DNA from: an uncultured Anaerolinea sp.
GTDB lineage: Bacteria > Chloroflexota > Anaerolineae > Anaerolineales > Anaerolineaceae
NCBI GenBank assembly: GCA_964606265.1
Contig: CAZSGL010000002.1
Location: 1-34,423 of the forward strand
Length of the DNA: 34,423 bases
Reading direction: 5' to 3'
A program made the translations under genes and the position numbers. Below, piece by piece: positions 1 through 7,316 of the stretch. The number at the start of each line of letters is the position of its first letter. Positions within the stretch are counted from its first letter, which is position 1. A model generated the notes under the pieces. The model saw nothing but the letters and a program-made list of their open reading frames with translations. It had not been told where the DNA came from and searched no databases.

Positions 1-86
1 CCTCTGCAATCCCCAACCCTTCCTTACCTTTATAGATCGAGATCATAAGCACTCCCAGACCATTAGATAATTAAATCGTAAATCAA

Positions 87-115
87 ATTAAATAATATCA
101 TTAACCAAGTATAAT
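87..115 (+). promoter_or_regulatory. Possible ssrA promoter: perfect TATAAT at 110-115 with a weak -35
   Basis: TATAAT at 110-115 ends 9 nt upstream of the mature tmRNA 5' end (125). The -35 position (about 87-92, ATTAAA) matches TTGACA poorly. Confidence 0.35.
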
Positions 116-124
116 ATTTTTACC

Positions 125-516
125 GGGGATGACAGGCTTCGACGGGCGAGGCTGGTCCCGGACGGCAAGCCGAGAGGTACCGAACTCGTAAAATCCGTAC
201 AAAAAACAAGTGCCAAAAACACTTCTTACGTAGCTCTTCCACTCGCTGCATAGCGTGTGATCGAGCTCCCTGACGCCCTAAGAAGCGTCACGTCTTCCTG
301 CTCCGCTCTTCAACCGGTAGCAGAGCGGACGCCACAAAGTTGAAGTGCCGTACATCCTGCCGCGAGGTGTATGAAAGAGGGCTTTCGGGTCCAAGCGACT
401 GGCTGCCTTTTGCTTTTGTTCATTTTACGAAAGGCGGCGAAACAGAAAATGAGCTAAGCTTGTAGAGGTTCGTGGGTCTATTCGTTCGGACGCGGGTTCA
501 ATTCCCGCCATCTCCA
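125..516 (+). ncRNA. ssrA: tmRNA (transfer-messenger RNA, SsrA)
   Basis: The 5' end is GGGGATGACAGGCTTCGACGGG. The 3' end is GGACGCGGGTTCAATTCCCGCCATCTCCA (T-arm plus acceptor strand). The acceptor helix pairs 125-131 with 509-515 and includes a G3:U70 alanine identity pair. The internal tag frame GCC AAA AAC ACT TCT TAC GTA GCT CTT CCA CTC GCT GCA TAG (212-253) reads AKNTSYVALPLAA*. The terminal CCA is not encoded (A516 is followed by CTG). Confidence 0.93.
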
Positions 517-520
517 CTGT

Positions 521-550
521 AAAAACACACTTTGAGTGTGTTTTTATTTT
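521..550. terminator. Bidirectional rho-independent terminator between ssrA (+) and the rlmI-like gene (-)
   Basis: An 11-bp perfect stem AAAAACACACT (521-531) / AGTGTGTTTTT (535-545) with loop TTG, flanked by an A-run and a T-run. It overlaps the stop codon of the minus-strand ORF ending at 544. Confidence 0.7.
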
Positions 551-1740
551 ATACAGACCAGACCCTTCAAATACATGCTTTCCGGGAAACTCATTAATAC
601 CGGATGATCGCCAGCTTGTGATAGCACATCAATCATTTGAATATCAACCCCGGCATCAAGCGCAGCCCCGGAAACGATTTTTTGAAACAGGTCACGTGAA
701 ACTCCACCTGAACAGGAAAAAGTAAAAAGAACTCCACCAGGTCTGAGGAGTTTGAACGCAAGCAAATTTATATCCTTATACCCACGCGCTGCTTTTTCTG
801 CCTTAGAGATAGTCGGCGCAAATTTTGGGGGATCCAAAATGATCACATCAAAGGACTCGGCTTTATCCCGCATGAGTCTGAGTTCCTTGAAGACATCACC
901 GCAAATTGAGGAGCTTTTTCCGCCAATAAAACCATTCTTATTGATATTGATATCCATCTGGTCAATCGCTGGTTGGGAAGAATCAATTGAAGTGACTTTT
1001 TTCGCACCGCCTTTTAATGCATTAAGCGAAAATCCTCCTGTATAGGAAAAGCAGTTCAACACCTCCCTATCCCGGCAGTATTGGCTTAGTTTATGCCTGT
1101 TTTCCCTCTGATCAAGATAGAAACCTGTCTTTTGACCATTTTCAATATCCAAAAAATAATTGATTCCATATTCCTGGATCCAATTCGGTTTTGGCAGTTC
1201 GTCGCCGTGGACTAGACCCGTTCGAGGTGTTAAGCCTTCAAGCAATCTCACATCAACATCAGAACGTTCGTAGATCCGGTTTCCATGGAAAAATGTCTTA
1301 AGAATTTCGCATATTAGTTCTTTGCGCTGTTCAATCCCCACGGAGAGGATCTGGATGACCAGGGTGTCTTTATATTGATCAACTATCAACCCCGGAATGC
1401 CGTCGGATTCACCAAAGACCAGGCGGTAAGAATCCGCATCATCGGATATTATCAATTTTTTCCTTTTTTCAATAGAGGAATGAATTTTGTTAATCAAGTA
1501 TTGTTCATCAATTTTTTCCTCCGCATTCCAGGACCACATACGTGCCCTTATTTGGCTAACTCCTGAATATGCAGCAGTCCCAAGCGCTTCCCCGGTACTT
1601 GACCTTACCAGTATCGTGTCGCCGTCTGATGGGTTACCCTTGATCTCATCAATCGCAGATGCAAATATCCAGGGATGCTTTAATCGCACAGATCTATCCC
1701 TGCCTACACGCAGAATACAACTGGCTAATCTCTCAGTCAC
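544..1740 (-). CDS. rlmI: Class I SAM-dependent rRNA (cytosine-C5) methyltransferase with N-terminal PUA-like domain (RlmI/COG1092 family)
   Basis: 398-aa ORF. Family-typical motifs are present: LDQRENR, VLNCFSYTGGFSL (SAM motif I region) and VIILDPPKFA (DPPxF catalytic motif), with an N-terminal RLKHPWIF PUA-type start. It overlaps the ligA stop by 8 nt, which suggests an operon. Confidence 0.82.
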   Translation of the reverse strand: MTERLASCILRVGRDRSVRLKHPWIFASAIDEIKGNPSDGDTILVRSSTGEALGTAAYSGVSQIRARMWSWNAEEKIDEQYLINKIHSSIEKRKKLIISDDADSYRLVFGESDGIPGLIVDQYKDTLVIQILSVGIEQRKELICEILKTFFHGNRIYERSDVDVRLLEGLTPRTGLVHGDELPKPNWIQEYGINYFLDIENGQKTGFYLDQRENRHKLSQYCRDREVLNCFSYTGGFSLNALKGGAKKVTSIDSSQPAIDQMDININKNGFIGGKSSSICGDVFKELRLMRDKAESFDVIILDPPKFAPTISKAEKAARGYKDINLLAFKLLRPGGVLFTFSCSGGVSRDLFQKIVSGAALDAGVDIQMIDVLSQAGDHPVLMSFPESMYLKGLVCIK

Positions 1741-3757
1741 CCTGGTTCCTCAGTTTCTCCAAAAATGCGCGTTCGTCTAACAAGGAAATTCCCAACAACC
1801 GGGCTTTTTCAAGTTTTGACCCTGCGTTTTCACCTATTACCAAATAATTCGTATTCTTGCTGACAGTATCTGTCACTTTACCGCCAGCATTCTCAATAAG
1901 CTCTTTGGCTTGCTCCCTGGATAAGGTTGGCAATGTTCCGGTTATTACGAAAATTACTCCATTCAAAGGTTTGTTACTAAGATCTATTGTTTCAGTTTTG
2001 TAAGTTGGCCAAACGTCATACATCTTTAATTTAGTGATCAGTCGAGCATTTGGCCCCTGTGAAAACCAGTCGATGATTGCCTGCGCAGTATTAGGTCCCA
2101 CGCCGTCAATCGAAACAAGCTCATCAAAATTTGTTTCTTTTAACCGATCGAGGCTGGTAAATGCCTTTGCAAGTGCAAGTGCTGATACTTCACCAATGCC
2201 ATGAATTCCCAAACCGGTTATTAACTTGGGTAGCGATTGACTTTTGGAAGTGTTAATGGAATTGATAATATTTTCAGCTTTTTTTTGCCCAAATCCTTCC
2301 ATTCCGATTAAATCTGAGGTTTTTAGAATGAAAAGGTCAGCTATGTCCTTAATTTTGCCTTCGTTAATGAGTATTTCAACCATTTTTTCACCCAAACCCA
2401 CAATATCCATAGCCCCTCGCGAAACAAAATGTTCGATATTTCGCACGAGTTGTGCTGGGCAGGTGGTATTAACGCAGTACCAGGCTACTTCATCCGGCAG
2501 GTGTTCAACATCCTGCCCGCAGGAGGGGCATGCAGATGGCGGAGAATAGGGTTGTAAGTCATTACTCCGCGCGCTTATCATGGGACCAATCACATACGGG
2601 ATCACATCTCCGGCTCTTTTGATCAAAACGCGATCCCCGACACGTATATCTTTTTCAGCAATATAGTCAAAATTGTGCAGGGTGGCCTGTTTAACGGTCA
2701 CCCCTCCGATTTCGACAGGCTCAAGTACTGCATACGGTGTCAACACACCGGTTCGCCCTACGTTTACTCGAATTTCCTGGAGTGTAGTGGAAACTTCACG
2801 TGCCGGAAATTTTAATGCAATGGCTCCCCTGGGGTCCTTACCCACAAAACCCAGGTCATCGGCTAACTGCAAATCATTAATTTTTACAACCACTCCATCC
2901 ACTTCATATTGGATGGTATCTCGAATGTCCTTCCATGAATCAATTGAAGTAATCACTTCGGTAAAGCTGTTTTTCAAAACAGCCAATTCCGAGGTTGGGA
3001 ATCCCAGTTCAGCCAGATACTGCAAAAGGCCCCATTGTGTTCTGGGTGGTTCGTCTGAACATTCAATAATCGCATATGTCAACAAAGTTAGAGGTCTGTT
3101 CCTCGTAATGTTTGGATCAAGCTGGCGCAACGACCCTGATGCCGTGTTTCTGGGATTTTGGTAAGTTTTTTCACCATTTTCCTGTAAAATCTCATTCAAC
3201 CGGACAAAATCATCTTTTTTAATAAACACTTCACCGCGTACGATGAGAGTTTCGGGGGGTTTAATTGGCTTGTTGAGAACCGGGATTCGCAGCGGGACAG
3301 ATTTTATCGTTCGAATATTTTCAGTAACATCCTCACCCTGGAGTCCGTCACCTCTGGTAGCCCCTTGAGCCAAAACACCATTTTCGTATCTTAATACCAC
3401 GGTCAAACCATCAATCTTTGGTTCCAGAACGAATCCGGTTGACGTGACTCGACTATCCAACTTTCCAATGCGTTGATACCAATTTTCCAAATCCTTTGTA
3501 TCGAACGCATTCCCTAAAGAAAGTATTGGTGCAGTGTGTTCAACCTTTCTGAACCTGTCCAACGGCTTGCCAAATCCGCGTTGTGTTGGTGAGCTGGAAA
3601 TAATAGCCTCCGGGTGGATCTCTTCCAGCTCCCGCAACCTTCTAAGCTTTATATCGTATTCATAATCGCTGATGGTTGGTTCGTCCAACACATGGTAGCG
3701 ATAATTGTGCTCGCTCAACTCTTTTTGAAGATTTTTAATCTCCTGAAATTCATCCAT
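1733..3757 (-). CDS. ligA: NAD+-dependent DNA ligase
   Basis: 674 aa. It has the adenylation motif EPKIDGL (KxDG), an OB fold, a Cys4 zinc finger (CPSCGQ...YCVNTTCPAQ), HhH repeats (GIHGIGEV, IDGVGPNTA) and a C-terminal BRCT (VITGTLPTLSREQAKELIENAGGKV). Confidence 0.97.
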   Translation of the reverse strand: MDEFQEIKNLQKELSEHNYRYHVLDEPTISDYEYDIKLRRLRELEEIHPEAIISSSPTQRGFGKPLDRFRKVEHTAPILSLGNAFDTKDLENWYQRIGKLDSRVTSTGFVLEPKIDGLTVVLRYENGVLAQGATRGDGLQGEDVTENIRTIKSVPLRIPVLNKPIKPPETLIVRGEVFIKKDDFVRLNEILQENGEKTYQNPRNTASGSLRQLDPNITRNRPLTLLTYAIIECSDEPPRTQWGLLQYLAELGFPTSELAVLKNSFTEVITSIDSWKDIRDTIQYEVDGVVVKINDLQLADDLGFVGKDPRGAIALKFPAREVSTTLQEIRVNVGRTGVLTPYAVLEPVEIGGVTVKQATLHNFDYIAEKDIRVGDRVLIKRAGDVIPYVIGPMISARSNDLQPYSPPSACPSCGQDVEHLPDEVAWYCVNTTCPAQLVRNIEHFVSRGAMDIVGLGEKMVEILINEGKIKDIADLFILKTSDLIGMEGFGQKKAENIINSINTSKSQSLPKLITGLGIHGIGEVSALALAKAFTSLDRLKETNFDELVSIDGVGPNTAQAIIDWFSQGPNARLITKLKMYDVWPTYKTETIDLSNKPLNGVIFVITGTLPTLSREQAKELIENAGGKVTDTVSKNTNYLVIGENAGSKLEKARLLGISLLDERAFLEKLRNQGD

Positions 3758-3858
3758 GTTTATGCCTTTTTATAAAATGCGCGAAATAAATTAATTCATC
3801 ATATAATTATAAAGTCTTGCAACCAATATTTATACAAGAAACTTAATGAGGTGAAATA

Positions 3859-4212
3859 ATGAAAATTATCGCATTCATCGGATCTGGGATACTCGTGCTC
3901 TTTGGCGCATTAATGGTTTTAGGATCAGTTGACCGCACCGGAAATATTATCTGGTTACCAATTGGCCTCGTCCTGATTGGCATCGGACTGGCGATCATCT
4001 TTATTGCTGCCAAGAAAAAACCTATTGCTGACGTTACCAATGTCACATACAATGTAGACCTACCTGGCAACATGAAAGTTGACGAAATCAAGTGCAAATC
4101 CTGCGGAGGGACATTAAGCGCCAAGGATATTACACTGGTTAATGGTGCTCCGATGGTCACATGTCCATTTTGCCATACTGTTTACCAATTCACTGAAGAA
4201 CCAAAGTGGTGA
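3859..4212 (+). CDS. Small two-TM membrane protein with a cytoplasmic C-terminal zinc ribbon (CxxC...CxxC)
   Basis: 117 aa. There are two hydrophobic helices, then AAKKKP (positive-inside), then CKSCGG-x20-CPFCH. SD GAGGTG lies 6 nt upstream of ATG 3859. It is the first gene of the plus-strand cassette. The antisense ORF 3843-4160 is judged a shadow. Confidence 0.72.
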   Translation: MKIIAFIGSGILVLFGALMVLGSVDRTGNIIWLPIGLVLIGIGLAIIFIAAKKKPIADVTNVTYNVDLPGNMKVDEIKCKSCGGTLSAKDITLVNGAPMVTCPFCHTVYQFTEEPKW

Positions 4213-4241
4213 TAGAAGCACTTAATCTTGGGAGGGTAACA

Positions 4242-5951
4242 ATGAGAGTCTACCGCTATATTTGCCTGTTCCTGATTTTTGTTTTACTGGCAGGGAGCAC
4301 TAGCCCCGTTTCTGCCCAGGATTATCGTTTTCAGGTACCTGAACAGGCAGTTGTGGTCACAATCAACTCTGATGGCTCCATCGCAATTGATTACACCATG
4401 AAATTTCTCAATGACTCTGGAGCACACGCCATTGATATCGTAGATATTGGTCTTCCTAATTATGATTACGACCTCAAAACAATTACTGCTGATATTAATG
4501 GCACACCCATCACAAGGATCACAGATTCAGATATTGTCTCTCCCGGAATTTCACTTTATTTACAAAAGAATGAAATCCCGGCAGGTGGATCAGGAATTGT
4601 TCACGCCAATATTGCTGCCGTAAAAAATGTGATCTATCCTGCTACGCAAAATGAATCTGAGGAATACGCCAGCCTAGTTTTTTCTCCCAATTGGTATGAC
4701 AGCCAATATACTCACGGCAATACCACCTACCAGATGACCTTTTTGCTTCCTTCAGGCATGACAGATGCAGAATCACGCTATTTCGTTCCGGAGGGATGGC
4801 CAGGCGCACAAGAACCTGAAAGCAGGATCATGTCGGATGGTCGAATTTTCTATACCTGGGTATCCGATCAGGCGAATAATTATACCCAATACACATTTGG
4901 CGCGAGTTTTCCTTCCCGCTACCTGGCTGAAGGGGTTATTGTTACCGAACCATATGTCCCACCAACCAAACCAACACCATCCTTCGATCTCAGTTCAATT
5001 TGTCCATTCATCTTCTGCCTTGGGTTTGCCGGATTTTTTGTTCTCATCATTTATTCTGCCACATTGGGCGCAAAGAAAAGGAAACTTCAGTACCTACCTC
5101 CCAAGATTTCCATTGAAGGTCACGGGATAAAACGAGGCCTCACCGCCGTAGAAGTAGCGGTTCTCATGGAACAACCCATGGATAAGATATTTACCATGAT
5201 CCTTTTTGGTGTTCTTAAAAAAGAAGCAGCTCAGGTGGTGACGAAAGACCCGTTGGATATCAATCCCACCAGTCCACTCCCTGAAGGGTTGAATGGGTAC
5301 GAGACTGATTTCCTGGCTGGTTTTGCTGAAAAAAATACGGCTGCCAGGCGTAAGCTGCTTCAAGTGGTTATGGTGAATCTGATCCGCGTTGTTGGCGAAA
5401 AAATGAAGGGATTCAGTAAAAAGGAAACCCTCACCTATTATGAATCGATCATGAAGAATGCCTGGACGCAGGTTGAGACCGCCGGAACCCCTGAAGTCAA
5501 AGCACAAGCCTATGAAGAGGTCATGGATTGGACAATGCTGGATAAAAAATACCAGGAACGTACACAGGATACCTTTAGTGGTCCGGTGTTTATTCCAACC
5601 CCGTCCTGGTGGTGGCGCTACGACCCGACCAGTGCGCGTCCAGCCTCAACCAGAGTAACGACAGCCATGCCGCCTGCCATTGGTGGAAAAAGCGTTTCCT
5701 TGCCCTCAATGCCCACCATGCCCGGCTCTACATTTGCTGCGTCGGTGGTTAATAGCGTTTCCACTTTCTCCTCAAGTGTTTTGGGTGGATTAACCGGGTT
5801 TACAAGTGGAGTTACCAACGTCACCAATCCGCCTCCGCCTCCTTCAACATATAGGAGTTCTGGCGGTGGTTCCAGCGGTGGAGGACGATCGTGTGCATGT
5901 GCCTGTGCCTGTGCTGGCTGTGCTTGTGCTTGTGCTGGTGGCGGACGATAA
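4242..5951 (+). CDS. Signal-peptide/one-TM membrane protein, DUF2207-like, with a Gly-rich and alternating Cys-Ala C-terminal tail
   Basis: The preferred start is ATG 4242 (SD GGAGGG at 4231-4236) rather than the track's GTG 4206. The signal peptide is MRVYRYICLFLIFVLLAGSTSPVSA|QDY. It is followed by a beta-rich ectodomain and then a TM helix (ICPFIFCLGFAGFFVLIIYSATLGA) followed by KKRK. The cytoplasmic segment PPKISIEGHGIKRGLTAVEVAVLMEQ... resembles the DUF2207 pattern by eye. The P/S/T/G-rich tail ends PPPPPSTYRSSGGGSSGGGRSCACACACAGCACACAGGGR. Confidence 0.85.
   Translation: MRVYRYICLFLIFVLLAGSTSPVSAQDYRFQVPEQAVVVTINSDGSIAIDYTMKFLNDSGAHAIDIVDIGLPNYDYDLKTITADINGTPITRITDSDIVSPGISLYLQKNEIPAGGSGIVHANIAAVKNVIYPATQNESEEYASLVFSPNWYDSQYTHGNTTYQMTFLLPSGMTDAESRYFVPEGWPGAQEPESRIMSDGRIFYTWVSDQANNYTQYTFGASFPSRYLAEGVIVTEPYVPPTKPTPSFDLSSICPFIFCLGFAGFFVLIIYSATLGAKKRKLQYLPPKISIEGHGIKRGLTAVEVAVLMEQPMDKIFTMILFGVLKKEAAQVVTKDPLDINPTSPLPEGLNGYETDFLAGFAEKNTAARRKLLQVVMVNLIRVVGEKMKGFSKKETLTYYESIMKNAWTQVETAGTPEVKAQAYEEVMDWTMLDKKYQERTQDTFSGPVFIPTPSWWWRYDPTSARPASTRVTTAMPPAIGGKSVSLPSMPTMPGSTFAASVVNSVSTFSSSVLGGLTGFTSGVTNVTNPPPPPSTYRSSGGGSSGGGRSCACACACAGCACACAGGGR
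5892..5936 (+). repeat. Imperfect in-frame hexanucleotide array (TGY-GCN)x7 encoding CACACACAGCACACA
   Basis: The codons are TGT GCA TGT GCC TGT GCC TGT GCT GGC TGT GCT TGT GCT TGT GCT. I translated them codon by codon back from the TAA stop at 5949-5951. Confidence 0.92.
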
Positions 5952-5961
5952 ATTCTGTAAA

Positions 5962-7290
5962 ATGAGCCTTCAATCCAGTTTGCGCACGTTTTTTAAGACT
6001 CCACCTGCAGTGGGTTTACCTTCTACAGGTGTATACCATTTTGTTCATGAATCTGGTGAGGATAAATCGCGCATTCACCTGCGGATTGATGGTGATGGTT
6101 CAGGTGTGATGATCATTAACGCCAACCAGATCTACCATCTGAACCCTACAGCAGCCACCATGTCCTATTTCCACTTGAACCATCTGCCAGTGGAAACCTC
6201 TATTAAGGCATTGAAAACTGCTTTCGATGTGAGTGACGTGGATGCATTAGCAGACTACCAATCTGCCGGCAAGATGATCGATCAACTGATTGATACAAAT
6301 GCCTGCCCGATTTGCGACCTGGACCTCGAAATCAATGCTCCATTTTCTTCTACTCCTACGGCACCATACCGTATGGATCTGGCGATTACTTACCGCTGCA
6401 ACAATGCGTGTGCCCATTGTTATAACGGACGGCCTCGTAACTATCCAGAACTTACTACCAATTCATGGTTCGGGATCCTGGATAAATTATGGGAGATAGG
6501 TATTCCTCACGTGGTATTTACTGGTGGGGAGCCAACATCTCGGGATGATCTTGCATTATTGATTAGACACGCTGAGGAAAAGGGTCAAATAACCGGACTT
6601 AATACAAATGGACGAAAATTAAGCGATGAGACTTATGTGAAATCACTGGTTGATTCGGGATTGGACCATTTACAAATTACTTTTGAATCCGATGTCCCGT
6701 CCATCCATGATGAAATGGTTTGCCACCCGGGTGCGTGGTCACAAACGGTGGCAGGGTTGAAAAATGCGATAAAAAACCATAAATATGTGATGACCAATAC
6801 CACAATGCTTTCGACCAACAAACATACGATACCTGACACATTACGTTTTCTTGGTGACCTGGGGGTTCGAACAGTAGGTTTGAATGCGTTGATCTATTCA
6901 GGTAAAGGCAAAACTGTGGGAACTGGATTGTCAGAAAACGAATTACAAGAACTTTTATCAACAGCCAGGGAAATTATAGAATCGTATGATCAAAGGTTGA
7001 TCTGGTATACCCCGACACAATATTGTAATTTCGATCCAGTAATTAATGACCTGGGGGTTAAGGGTTGTACCGCGGCACTTTACAATATGTGTATCGAACC
7101 TAACGGTGATGTCATTCCGTGTCAATCCTATTACTCTTCGGTCGGCAATTTTCTTTCATCTGATTGGGAAAAGATTTGGAATCACTCTCTTTGTACTTCA
7201 CTTCGAGAACGCAGATATTTGGCTGAAAAATGCAAAGGATGCCTTTTAGTATCAGAGTGCGGTGGTGGTTGCCCTTTGATAGTTGAGTAA
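5962..7290 (+). CDS. Radical SAM/SPASM-domain maturase with an N-terminal PqqD-like RiPP-recognition element (RRE)
   Basis: The start ATG 5962 is supported by collinear alignment with the downstream paralogue (MSLQSSLRTFFK vs MKARIRTFIDN). PqqD-like segment: residues 37-110 (VMIINANQIYHLNPTAATMSYFHL...ADYQSAGKMIDQLI). rSAM cluster motif: YRCNNACAHCYN (CX3CX2C, 6397-6420). GGE motif: VVFTGGEPT. C-terminal SPASM cysteines: CNF...GC...C...C...CKGCLLVSECGGGC (CX2CX5CX3C). Confidence 0.9.
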   Translation: MSLQSSLRTFFKTPPAVGLPSTGVYHFVHESGEDKSRIHLRIDGDGSGVMIINANQIYHLNPTAATMSYFHLNHLPVETSIKALKTAFDVSDVDALADYQSAGKMIDQLIDTNACPICDLDLEINAPFSSTPTAPYRMDLAITYRCNNACAHCYNGRPRNYPELTTNSWFGILDKLWEIGIPHVVFTGGEPTSRDDLALLIRHAEEKGQITGLNTNGRKLSDETYVKSLVDSGLDHLQITFESDVPSIHDEMVCHPGAWSQTVAGLKNAIKNHKYVMTNTTMLSTNKHTIPDTLRFLGDLGVRTVGLNALIYSGKGKTVGTGLSENELQELLSTAREIIESYDQRLIWYTPTQYCNFDPVINDLGVKGCTAALYNMCIEPNGDVIPCQSYYSSVGNFLSSDWEKIWNHSLCTSLRERRYLAEKCKGCLLVSECGGGCPLIVE

Positions 7291-7316
7291 TAATTGGTTC
7301 ATTTCCTGGAGGGAAC

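Noticed and set aside
1-48. A possible 3' end of an upstream gene (frame 1 reads PLQSPTLPYLYRSRS* with a stop at 46-48).
   Set aside because: Only 15 codons are visible and there is no recognisable motif, so the call cannot be supported.
3758-3858. A divergent promoter region between ligA (-) and the cassette (+). TTGCAA (3817-3822), TATACA (3831-3836) and TATAAT (3802-3807) were noticed.
   Set aside because: No -35/-10 pair has acceptable spacing (8 nt for TTGCAA/TATACA, and no -35 for TATAAT). The region is AT-rich and probably contains promoters, but I cannot place one.
4206-4241. A GTG start at 4206 for the tail protein, overlapping the stop of the Zn-ribbon gene.
   Set aside because: ATG 4242 has a strong SD (GGAGGG, 5-nt spacer) and begins a canonical signal peptide (MRVYRY + hydrophobic core + VSA|Q). 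The 12 extra residues add nothing recognisable.
5892-5936. The TGY-GCN array considered as a CRISPR-like or intergenic tandem repeat, or as an on/off phase-variation tract.
   Set aside because: It is only 45 nt, has no spacers, and lies entirely inside a coding frame. The 6-nt unit cannot cause frameshift switching. At most it allows in-frame length variation, which is noted under the findings.
5806-5961. The ORF track extends the rSAM gene upstream to 5806, overlapping the end of the tail-protein gene (MELPTSPIRLRLL...VHVPVPVLAVLVLVLVADDKFCK).
   Set aside because: The extension is the Cys-Ala hexamer repeat read in another frame, giving low-complexity V/L/P/A sequence. Alignment with the downstream paralogue begins exactly at the ATG at 5962 (MSLQSSLRTFFK vs MKARIRTFIDN), so 5962 is taken as the start.
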